A stretch of 64,000 bases of DNA from assembly GCA_964016885.1 (NCBI GenBank), contig OZ024742.1, positions 344,162,001 to 344,226,000 of the forward strand. Reading direction: 5' to 3'. The notes beneath the pieces were generated by a model that was not told the origin of the DNA, ran no database searches, and saw only the letters and a program-made list of their open reading frames with translations. The position numbers were made by a program, and so were the translations under genes. This stretch comes from Eledone cirrhosa. Lineage: Eukaryota. Of this stretch, positions 12,995 through 25,432 are shown one piece after another. The first letter of the stretch is position 1. Each line of letters starts with the position of its first letter.

Positions 12995-13213
12995 CCAACA
13001 ATATTAAAACTACCAACAACACTAACACCAACAACTAACGCCATCGACACCAATAACACTACCAACAACATTAACACCAACAACTAACGCCATCGACACC
13101 ATTAACACTACCAACAGCATTAACACTACCAACAACATTAACACTACAAACAACATTAACACTACCAACAACATTAACACTACCACCAACAACAGCATAA
13201 ACACCACTACCAC
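12995..13213. repeat. ~18-bp minisatellite (ccaacaacattaacacta)
   Basis: Direct reading; it produces the V/L/M-rich minus-strand ORFs. Confidence 0.85.
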
Positions 13214-13569
13214 CTCTCACTTCTTGGTATACATATATATAACCTATTTGGTACCAAACTAATTAAAATTGCCTCTTGGTCTATTTTTATTACCAAGATT
13301 AATTGATAGGTCAGTCACTGTTAGGCAGCTAGCTTGTGCGGTTGAGCGCTGTACTACTTACTCGTTGTATTTTCACTTTGCCCAATACTGTTAACAAGGA
13401 CCTGAGTTTCTGAGACCTGAGTCACTTTAGATGAGACGTGGTTGTATGGGTACGACGTAGCAACCAACACTCTGTCATTACAGTGGAGGCCTTCAAAGTC
13501 TCCTAGGCCCCCAAAAGCAAGTCGAGGTGATGCTACCATGCTACCGTTTTCTTCGACAACTGAGGCCCT

Positions 13570-13800
13570 GTGCACCAAGAATATGCACAAGAAAGACAAT
13601 TACAAATGAATATTATCAGGAAGTCCTGCGACGTCTTGTTGATGCAGTTCATTGCCAGAGACCGAAGCGGCAGGCCTTGTAAAACTGGTAGTTGCATCAT
13701 GACAACACTTCGGCTCATTCGTTAAAACGAAAAGCATTTCATCATTATATGTTCTCTAGACCCACCCACCTGATATCGGCCCTTCTCACTTCTTTGTTCC
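13570..13800 (+). mobile_element. Mariner transposase remnant
   Basis: Translates with frameshifts as VHQEY...EYYQEVLRRLVDAVHCQRP...W*LHHDNTSAHS, matching the mariner LHHDNAPAH catalytic motif. Confidence 0.75.
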
Positions 13801-13828
13801 GTGTATGAACATAAATAAATAACATAAT

Positions 13829-14012
13829 TGTTTCTATTTTAGGCACAAGGCCAGCAATTACCCAGTGCATTACTGGTACTTTATTTTATCGACCCCGTAA
13901 GGATGAAAGGCAAAGTCAACCTCGGCGGGATTTGAACTCAGATCGTAAAGGGACGTAACTATGCTGGAAAGCATGGCGTCCGACCCTCTACCGATACTGC
14001 CAATCCACCGCC
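13829..14012 (-). mobile_element. Full-length young tRNA-derived SINE with 17-bp TSD
   Basis: TSD TAAATAAATAACATAAT at 13812-13828 and 14013-14029; complete head (ggcggtggattggcag on the - strand). Confidence 0.92.
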
Positions 14013-14058
14013 TAAATAAATAACATAATGTAATATATATATATATATATACTTTTTT

Positions 14059-15023
<965 letters not shown>

Positions 15024-15029
15024 AAAAAA

Positions 15030-15197
15030 GTCAGGACTCCGATAGCTGAGCTCCGGCCGTTTCGTCAGATACGAAACGGCCGGACCTCAGCCGTCGGGGT
15101 CCTGACACTTTTCCTATTATCCACTTACTACCCTAAGTATCGAGTACTCTAGTGCGTTATGGTCCACCTGGTATCTTACCATAATTTCTTAGTTATA
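15030..15197. mobile_element. (TA)n-associated interspersed repeat with a fold-back junction
   Basis: Hairpin gtcaggac...ccggccgtttcgt-cagat-acgaaacggccgg...gtcctgac (15030-15106), followed by sequence shared with 350-440 and 18230-18362. Confidence 0.7.
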
Positions 15198-15732
15198 TAA
15201 ATGGTGGCTGCCAACTCGTTTTCGAGTACGGCCACTACTTTATATCCATGTAGGAGAACCCCTACCGATGCGCTGAACAAGTGTGACTTTTTAGTCCAGC
15301 CAGCGACTTGAAAACTCTGGTACAAACAGTACACTTGTGACAATTATTGACACATAGTGCTGGGCCCATGGTACCATGTGATGACAAGTGCAGAGAGATC
15401 TCCAGATATAAAGCAATGCCTGTGCAGTGAAGCTTTTATAGTGAGCAAAGGCACTGCACAAAGCCAGTCCCACTCTCTTAACCAAGATGATATTTACCAA
15501 AAAGAAGAACAAGTCAATATCATTGGATACCATCAGGGTTGCAGGTGTTATATCAGAGTTTTCTTTCTCCTAGAATTCTGCCTTGACAAAGGCTAAGGGG
15601 TCATCTCTCCAGGTGATTTTGGATGGCCATTGACTCTTAAGAGCTCCTTTGCCCTTTGACAGGTTTTGTTTTTAGTCCTGCAGGATGTCCAAAGTCACCC
15701 TCCTCACCAAGAAACCCTGGTGGGGTTGCCAG

Positions 15733-15793
<61 letters not shown>

Positions 15794-16029
15794 TTTCTAG
15801 TTACAAACCTATCTTGTATTTAGAAATGTATTGGAATTTTGTATGGGCAGTGAAAATGTTTTAAAACATTTTCACTGCCCATACAAAATTCTTCTTTCTT
15901 TCTCTAAAATGATTTATGTTCCTACATAATTTTGATAATGTTTATAGACTCTTGTCAGTATTGGCCCAGGTCATCTGTAACTTTATAGCACTACTTCTCT
16001 CTCAAATCCTGCTTCACACCTCAGTCAGG

Positions 16030-16665
16030 CTTTGGTCTATCCAATAAAGAATCATTGTTTCTGGCGATATAACCAGGTGTAGTAGGTTTATTTGCAATTT
16101 ACGGAGAAATTTGTCGAGGAACCTTTTGAATTTCATGAGAGCAGGGCTAATTGAGGTGAGATATATGTGTTGTAATGTTGTTATATAATATGAGGACGAT
16201 TTTCTTTAGGAGTAGATAGCACGAGAACCAAGCCTTGGGGGCATTCTTGAGTTGATGCCAGCATTATTTGGGCAAAATTGCTAGAATAGTTTCCACATTG
16301 TACGAACTATGTAGCCCTCACGCAGCTTGAAGAGTATGAGTTTTTCTAGTCGACCCCAGTAGTCAGTGTCTGAAATGCCGTCTATCGGTTTTGTAATTGA
16401 CCTCTGGCGTACTTCAATTTTCATAATACTTTATTTCGTGTGTGGAGACCACAGCGAGCAACAGTGTTCAGTATTTAATGTGAGGCCAGACAAAGGTAGA
16501 GCAGAGAAGGATAATGGTATATCTGTAGAACGGAATGTTCTAAAACTCCAGTAACACATTACACGTGTCATATCAACTTTGTTGCGTATGTCATTACTCA
16601 AGGTTAAATTATTATCGACAGTCACTCGGAGCGCAAATGTTCTAATTTGGGGAATTATCACTCTG
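16030..16665 (-). mobile_element. Highly degenerate 3' part of a CR1/L2/Jockey-group LINE
   Basis: Minus-strand remnants LRVTVDNNL, EHCCSLWSPH, DYWGRLEKL and KPTTPGY occur in the order expected downstream of the RT in these LINEs. Confidence 0.55.
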
Positions 16666-17062
16666 TTTTTAAATAATCTATGATAAATTCCCTATTTTTT
16701 TATGTTTTTGGTGGATTGGCAGTATCGGAAGAGGGCGGACGCCATGCTTTGCATCAAAGAGTTACTTCCCTTTATGATCTGATTCCAAATCCCGCCGAGG
16801 TTAACTTTGCCTTTCATCCTTACGGGGTCGATAAAATAAAGTACCAGTAATACACTGGAATAATTGCTGGCCTTGGGCCAAAAGTAGAAACAATTACTTA
16901 TGTGTTCTGCCACACCCTGAAGGCGCGTGTTTTTGTGGTTTGGGTATTCGGCTCAAGATCTTAAGGTCGTGAGTTCGATTCGATATCATATATATATATA
17001 TATATATATATAAATAGGTAGACACAGAGCAGGCTTTGTTTAGAAACGGCTAGCGAATTTGA

Positions 17063-17467
17063 AAATTAGGTAGTAACATGTGCTTATGCCGTATTTGACT
17101 AAATAGAATTAGTCTGTTAGTTGGGATTTTAAAAAAACCTCTGAATGGAGAAAAGGATGTGTATTGGCGTACATGGGACACAAACCCACATCTGTGGATT
17201 GCTGGACCAATGTGTTACCATTAAACCAACACGCCACCCATGCTTCCTTACGTTCAATTAATGGGTCATAGCTTGTAATTGAATGTAAGGAAGCATAAGA
17301 GGCGTGTTGGTGTAATGGTAGCACATTGGTCCAGCAAACCAACGATGTGGCTTCGTGTCCCATCTACGTCAATACTCATCCTTTTTTCCCATTCATTTTA
17401 AAATCCCAACTCACAGACACATTCTATTTAGTCAAATACGACATAAGCACATGTTTCTACCTAATTT
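17063..17467. mobile_element. ~405-bp foldback (palindromic) element carrying two inverted tRNA-like sequences
   Basis: Arms 17063-17260 and 17276-17467 are reverse complements around a 15-nt spacer. Confidence 0.85.
17301..17371 (+). pseudogene. tRNA-like sequence (possible Ala-AGC-like anticodon), degenerate; mirror copy at 17165-17235 (-)
   Basis: 71 nt: GGCGTGT acceptor, TGGTGTAATGGTAGCAC D-arm/A-box, TTGGT-CCAGCAA-ACCAA anticodon arm, degenerate T-arm (TTCG), ...TACGTCA. Confidence 0.55.
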
Positions 17468-17547
17468 ATTTATATATACATATATACATACATACATACA
17501 TACATACATACACACACATATATATACACACACACATATGCACACAT

Positions 17548-17608
<61 letters not shown>

Positions 17609-18167
17609 ATATGAAGGCATGTGGCCTAGAGGTAAGTGTGTTAGACTTGCGTCATGGGTTCGATTCATGGCTTGTGTGTTGTGTTCTTGAGCAAAACGTT
17701 TCATTTCCCATTGCTACAGTATACTCAGCTGAAAATAAAGTACCAGCGATAGCTGGGGTTTAAACTTGCGATGGACTGGCGTCCTGTACAGTGGCGGTCT
17801 GGTACTCTCAGTTTCTTCACACCACGACACCGGAATAATCACCAGCCTGATGACCCTCCTTCATCAGCTGTAAACCGCACATCATAGATGTTTCGGTGCT
17901 TAATACAGGACATCAAAAGCGATCAGCGGCGCGCCCATGGCCTTTTATCGATCGAAAGCCAGGAGGGAAAGAAAAGAAAAAAAAAGGAAAAAAGGAAAAG
18001 TAGTGAGGAGAGAGGAAGAAAGAGAAGAAAAATGAGGCAAACAGAATGAAGGAAGAGGGACGCAGGACAATGGAACATGCCAGTGAGTAACCGAGGAAAA
18101 AATAGAATAGAATAAGTTACAACGAACCGATTAAGACATAAACATATCAAATATACCTTCAAATACA

Positions 18168-18232
<65 letters not shown>

Positions 18233-18638
18233 ATGTCCAGGACCCCGACGGCAGAGCTCAAGCCGTTTCGACGGTTATTTCAGGAGTATCTCTACTACCG
18301 AAAGTATCGAGTATTCTGGTGCGTTATGGTCCACCTGGTTCCTTACCACACTTCCTTCGTTATATATATATATATATATATATAATATATTAACAAATGG
18401 AAACTATATTTATAAAACCATATTTATTTCATTATACATATTTCAAGGGCCACCAAGGCAAACTATGGTGCGCTTTCATGAGATAAAATATAATATAGGT
18501 TAGTTTTATAAATAAATATTGACATACCCTAAGAAAATACAACCATGGTTGCATTCTGGTTGGAATCTTTGTTGAGTGCTTTATATCAGTTATAAAAATA
18601 TTTTGCTTGTTGTATCCCAACAAATTAAATATAACCTC

Positions 18639-18728
<90 letters not shown>

Positions 18729-18733
<5 letters not shown>

Positions 18734-21700
18734 TAAAATAACAGATTAAAGTTTGAGCAAAGAATCGCTGATTTCACCCTTAACGGGATCTTCAGCAATG
18801 CTACCCTTCGAAAATGATGTCTTGGAACCCATACGGAGTATCAAATTTCGGAATAGGAGCAATTGCTTCCAGCAGGACCTGAATAATAGAATTCGTTCTA
18901 TTAAGGATTCTAATGCCGTGCACGTCCATTCCGACAAAACTGGCAACCTATATCAAGTGGAGCGCAGTACTTACCATCAACTACTACATAATGCTGTAAC
19001 TAAGGATTACCGTAAAACTAATCGGTGCGTCATCAATGAAATCAACGATGCTGGGTTTAAAATCACCTCTGATCTCAACATCCTGGACTGGACCGAACCT
19101 CTGGACCCTATTTCTCCCCACTTTTCCCTGAAGGATCACAAATCCAATTTTCCGAACAACCCCTCTATTCGGCTTATTAACCCTACGAAGTCCGATTTAG
19201 GTAGACTTAGTAAAAGGATTTTTGATAGAAGTATTCCTGAAATTAGAAGTTTGGCCCCTCTTGCACTGTGGACCAATTCTTTCGCGGTGATTGATTGTTT
19301 CAACGGCATATGCAACATGATCATTGCCGTTTTATGCAATTCGACATCAATAATTACTACTCCTCCATCACTTTACCACTTCTCCTTAGAGCTATCAATT
19401 TCGCTAAAACACTCACAGTGGTTAAGGATTTCGAAGTTGATGTCATCCTCAATGCCCGTAAGTCGGTGATTAATTTCGACGACTCTATTTGGATTAAAAA
19501 ATCTAACAGTACCCCATTCGACGTGAGTATGGGCGCCAGCGATTCTGCGGAAGTTACTGATCTTATCGGCCTTTTCCTTCTTTTCTCTATCAAGGACGAA
19601 TTCCCTAACGTGAGCGGTGGTTTGTACCATTATGATGGTCTTTTGACCATGACTAAGTGCGGCCCACGTGATTGCGACAGGTTCAGAAAAGAACTCACAG
19701 CCTTCTTTAAAGGTTTCAACCTCTCTATACAGGTTGAGGCCAACCTCACGGTCGTTAATTACCTCGACGTTACCCTCAATTTATTGAATGGGTTGTATTA
19801 CCCGTATAGAAAGCCGAATGATACGCTTAATTACATAAGTAAGCATTCCAACCATCCTGCCAGCATAACCAAGAACCTGGTAAGAAACGTTTCTTTGAGG
19901 CTTTCTCGTCTATCTACTAACGAGCATATTTTCAACGACCATTCCACATATTACAATGAAGCTCTTGCTCAGAGTGGATTTGTCGATAAGGTAGCATATA
20001 CAGAGTACGAGAATAGACCTAGAAGAAATAGATCCCGACGCATTATATGGTATAACCCACCATATAATATGGAGGTAGCCACACCATTAGCTAAGATCCT
20101 TCTCTCCCTTATTACGAAGCATTTTCCCCCTACACATAAATATAGTAAAATTTTTAATAAAAATACTATTAAAATGTCTTACTCTACGACTCCTAACCTT
20201 GCACATAACATCACAGCTTCTAATTTAGCTAAACTACCTAGCCGTAGGAACACGTGCAACCCTGTAGTTAGTACTTACTGTAATTGTAGGAATCGGGTTG
20301 ATTGCCCCCTATCTGGGAAATACCTCTCTAGTAACATTGTCTACAAATGTAAGGTTGAAACACCCACGTCCCGTAGGGTCTACATAGGGTTAACCGCCAA
20401 TAGATTCAAGCAGCGTCTTTACATGCATACCCATTCTTTTCGTTACCCTCTAAAAAGGAATATGACGTCACTTTCAGCTTATATATGGAGTCTAAAAGAC
20501 AACCACACCCAATATAAGTTACACTGGGAGATCCTAGCTAGGGCTAGATCGTATAACGGAAATAAAGGACATGTGACCTCTGCGCCGCTGAGGCCCTGGA
20601 AATACTCTACGCCACAGACCACATCTTAAACAAAACATCTGAGGCAATTTTGGCTTGTAAACATAAATTGCAAAAACTTTCCTGTATTACAACCCCACAT
20701 TATACCCTAACGGATAGTACGATCTATACGCGGATATATTACGTCTTGATGTGGTAGCTAAGTATATGTTATGTTTATACCATTACTGATTTGTATAGGT
20801 AAGTATATATTACCTGTATGTTTTGTGAAGGTACGTATACTTTCTCGTACGTATATTTGATTGTATATGTTATGGCGTATATTTTATATACTCTGGTACA
20901 TATACTTTTGGTTATGTGTATACGTGAGTTTTGTGTCTGTGTGAGTATGCGGGTTCGTACGTATGTAGGGTGTGTGTATATGTGTACTTCATGTTTTGAT
21001 TGACGTGCTCCGAACATATGTGTATTTATATGTAGGTATGTGTGTGCGCTTGTTATATACGTATTTATTTATATACGTGTATTTAATTATTTGTATACAC
21101 GCACACACACACACATATTTATATATGCGTGTATTTGTATACCTATGGCGAGTGTTTTCGCGTATGCTTGTGTATGTACGTATATGGATGCGTGTATGTA
21201 TTTATTTAATTTCAATTGCCTCTGTATTTTATTTACTTTATTCTTAACTCTGAAGCCGAGAATCATTCGGTTTCCTAGTTAGAATTTTAGTCTACGACTT
21301 CAGTTATATCATTTACGTGGTTTTGACTTTGCGTGCAATTGTTCTCCACGCTCCACATATGACGTATTATCTTCGTTTTTTCCGTTCATTGCCAGAGAAC
21401 GTCTCTATGAACCACCTAAGAGAACATTAGTCTAGGACTTCTTTTATACCATAAACGTGGTTCTGTCTTTGCGTGTAATTGTTTTTCACCGCTCCAAATA
21501 ATTGTTTCTACTTTAGACACAAGGCCAGTAATTACCCAGTGCATTACTGGTACTTTATTTTATCGACCCCGTAAGGATGAAAGGCAAGGTCAACCACCAA
21601 ATAATGACGTATTATATTCGTTTTTTCCCGTTCTTTGCCAGCGAACGTTTCCACGAACCAAAGTATCGTCTTCCTGTCTTCCTCCGGTTGCAACGTTTTT

Positions 21701-21876
21701 TTGAAATATTCACTTCTGCGTTTACAGATTGACTTTGTTAGTTTCAGAAGATCCCGTTAAGGGTTAAAGCAGCGATTCTTTGCTTAAACTTTAATCTGTT
21801 ATTTTAATAAATATTTTCTCTACGGTTCTTATATATTTGATATATATTTATCCTTATCGAGCCCTCTTCAAATTTA

Positions 21877-21888
<12 letters not shown>
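18729..21888 (+). mobile_element. Penelope-like retroelement copy 2: RT plus C-terminal GIY-YIG endonuclease, decayed, inserted in (TA)n
   Basis: ORFs 18753-19469 and 19295-20629 contain RLINP, FDINNYYSSI, MGASDSAEV, YHYDG (decayed YRDDG), a CNCx5C linker and IVYKC...VYIGLT..FKQR...H. Frameshifts near 19310 and 20567. 18729-18793 is an inverted copy of 21748-21811. (TA)n flanks both sides. Confidence 0.94.
21503..21596 (-). mobile_element. 5'-truncated SINE nested in the Penelope pseudo-LTR, 9-bp TSD
   Basis: TSD CCAAATAAT at 21494-21502 and 21597-21605; absent from the homologous site of copy 1. Confidence 0.88.
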
Positions 21889-21956
<68 letters not shown>

Positions 21957-22281
21957 AATATATGTATATATATATATATATGTATATATATATAAGTGTA
22001 TATGAAGACATATTCGATATATTTATGAAGAATAAATATTGTCCAAGTGTCTCCCTATGAATATGTTAAGCTGTAAACTTGTCATTGCTACCTGAATAGT
22101 GAGATGAGAGCATCAGACTCGTGTTTCTGGATTTGTATACGTCATCAACGACGTCTACTCACGCCGGACTGAGACAAGACCTAGAGTTGCTCATTTGCAT
22201 AAAGTATGAGCAAGACCGGCTAGTATTAGTTAGCAGTATCATTAACATAACGTGGTTCCAAAAGCTATACAGTGATTTAAG

Positions 22282-22360
<79 letters not shown>

Positions 22361-22428
22361 CTATACGTTTCTTATGCTAAACACTTTTCCACGTTCATAA
22401 TTCTTTCTTTTTTTTTTGTTTCTGGAAG

Positions 22429-22514
22429 GTTCGGAAGAAAAAAGGCACTGATAGGATATTTATTAATCGGTGTGTGTTCCCAGTTTTCAGCGATATTTAT
22501 AAATCTTTATATAG
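22429..22514 (+). CDS. SLC22-family transporter, internal exon E (TM9)
   Basis: Long pyrimidine tract then ggaag acceptor, donor G|gtaggt; 86 nt, phase 2/1. Encodes (W)FGRKKALIGYLLIGVCSQFSAIFINLYI, the second G-R-K motif. Confidence 0.9.
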
Positions 22515-22560
22515 GTAGGTTTTTTTAATTACTTACATTATTATTATTACGATTATTATT

Positions 22561-25397
22561 GTTCTTTGAGTCTCAGTCATTGATGTTAGTTAACTGGAAA
22601 GTTTGTTGAAATGAATATCAAGCCACTACCTGCAGCCTCAGATATTCAGGACGTATCGGAGGGTTCTTGCTGTTCCCAGCAAGCATGCCTTTTGAAGTGT
22701 TCCAAAAAGCGGGGCGAGACTAATTTTCTTTAACCATCCTTGGAAACCCTTTGAGATAGTACCTAGAGCGCCTATGACAATCGGACTTCATGGCAGTTCC
22801 AAATCCTTTTTTCCTCCCACTTTAAGTCCTGGTATCGGTTAATTTTCTCCCTCTCCTTCTCTTGCACTCTCGTGTCGAATGGGCAGCCTACATCCACAAT
22901 CAGGCACGATCTTTTTTCCTTGTCCAAAACCACCAGGTCAGGTCTATTGTGTTTCAGTTTCTTGTCCGTCTGTATCCTAAAATCCCACAGCACCTTCACC
23001 TGATCGTTTTCTATCACCGACTCTGGCTTATGCTCATACCACTTCTCAGAATGTGGTAAATTGTTTACTTTGCATAGGTGCCAGTGGATCACCCTGCCCA
23101 TTACATCATGTCTCCAGCCTTTATAGTGATTCTGGGCTAGGTGTTTACATTCGGATACAATGTGAGCCACAGTCTCCTCTCTCTCTCCACAGATCCTACA
23201 CAGTGGGCTAGCCTCCTCCTTGTAAATATAGTGTTTCAACCACTTCGTTTTGAGGGCCTGCTCTTGCGCAGCCATTAGCATTCCTTCTGTAGTCTTTTTA
23301 AGGTCTCCTCTTTTCAACCAGTTCCATGTCTGTGGATCTCTGAATTCAGTTTTCTCAAAGAAGGTACTATGAAGGGATTTTTCATGAAGGTTGCTCTTCC
23401 TCCTTTTTGTTATTTCCTCCTTGGACATCCCCTGGTCTATTGTCCTCTCCTTCAGTACAATTCTGAGCATTGGCTCCCTATTATCAGTCACGTATTTGTG
23501 TAGGTTGTTTTTCTCTACCTGAACACAGTCCTCTATGCTGATAAGACCTCTTCCACCTTCAGATCTCCTTAAGTAGAGTCTATCGACATCACACCTCTTG
23601 TGGAACATGTTGTAGATAGTCAATAGCTCCCTAGTCTTCCTATCCATTTCTTTTTGTTCAGCAACATTCCATCTCAGAATTCCCGCACTGTACCTAATAA
23701 TAGACACAGCTGGGAAATTTACTACACTTATGGCATTCCTACTGTTGAGATGTGATTTTAATATGCTCCGTACTCTCCGAATGTATTCAGATCTTATCAA
23801 TTCCTTCATTTTTTTGTTCTTGATGTCATCAGCCTCCAGAACACCTAAATATTTGTATCCTTCTTCAGTGTCAATTTCCTTTATCATCTCACCCGTTGGT
23901 ACCTGGATTCCGTTCCTTCTGCCTAATTTGCCCCACTTCATCACAATGACTCCACACTTACTAATACCAAATTGCATACATATATCATTGCTGAAAATAG
24001 GGACAGTGTCAACAAGCACATCCAACTCTTTCTCACTCTTCCCGAAGAGCTTAAGATCGTCCATGAAGAGGAGGTGATTGATGGTAAGCTCTCCCTTTCC
24101 CAACTTGTATCCTGCTCTCCCTTTCCCAACTTGTATCCTGCTCTCACTTTTCGCAGTATAATGGTCAGGGCCATCAGGGCAAGGAAAACAACAGAGGGGA
24201 CAGACTATCTCCCTGGAAGATACCTCTCTTGATCTTCACGCCTCCCAAGGATTCTCCAGCCGATGTTAACTCTGTTTTCCAGGACTTCATACTTTTGCTC
24301 AACAACTGTCTGATGTTATCTGCCATCTTGAAGATCTCTAGGCTTTTGGTGATCCAAGAATGAGGTACTATGTCAAATGCCTTTTTGTAGTCTATCCATC
24401 CCATGGAAAGACCAGTCTGTCTCCTCTTGCAATTCCTCATTACAATCTTATCAATAAGTAACTGATCCTTTGCACCACGGGACTTCTTTCGGCATCCTTT
24501 CTGTTCGTCCGGTAACAAGTTGTTTATGTGGAGGTGATGATATATTTCCTCAGTCACAATGCTTGTTAACAGTTTCCACATTACGGACAGACATGTAATA
24601 GGCCTATAGTTGGTAACATAATTACCCTTGATTCGGTCTTTCATTACCAGAACTGTGGTACCTTTTGTCAATCACTCTGGTACCGCACCTGACATCAAAC
24701 AGTCATTGAACATGGTTGTCAGTTTCGGGTGGAGGGATGTTATATTTTTAATCCAATACCCCCTGCACACCATCTGGGCCTGGTGATTTCCAGTTGGTTA
24801 GTTTTTTGGCCTGCCCCTTACGAGTTTCAACTGTGATACTCAAATCAGTTTGTTGGTGTGCTTGTTCACTAATCTCCTTTTGTATTGTCTCAATCCACAC
24901 TGCCTTTCATTATGTTCAACATCCTGCTCCCATATTCCTCTCCAGAATGTCTTAGTTTGTTCCGCCTCAGGGATCAAGTCGTTTCCTCTTTCTTTCCATT
25001 CAAGCTGTCCAAACAGCATCTTCTGGTTGTTGTCAAACATGCGGTTCTGTCTATAGTGACTGACTCTGCTCTCGTATCGCCTAATTTTTGCACTCTTTGC
25101 TACAATGCGTTGCTTCAGTTCCTCTATGATAATATTTAGCTTTTTCCTCCTAGTTTTGAACTTTATTTGCAGTCTATTTTTAGTGTCTATGTTTTTTAGT
25201 GTCCCATTCAGTAGGGACTCAAGCTTTCCAATGTCAATTCTCATTTCCCTGATTTGACCATTCAGTCGTTTCTTCCACCAAGGTTCTGATCTTTCTTGTT
25301 TGTAGTTTCCTCTCGCTTTTATGCCAAGTAATTTCCTCACCGCATTTGCTGTTGAGGATATTGTTGCACTGGTGAAGGTTCCTCGCCTCAAGGTACA
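22561..25397 (-). mobile_element. R4/Dong-like non-LTR retrotransposon A (RT plus zinc knuckle plus restriction-like endonuclease), 5'-truncated and decayed
   Basis: YRPITCL, EQKGCRK, WIDYKKAFD, GIFQGDSLSP, FMDDLK, EGGRGL, CRIC...HIVSEC, RHD, RPDLVV..DVGCP..EK..RY. The 3' end abuts (TAA)n. A 26-bp tandem duplication at 24088-24139 breaks the frame. Confidence 0.9.
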
Positions 25398-25430
<33 letters not shown>

Positions 25431-25432
<2 letters not shown>

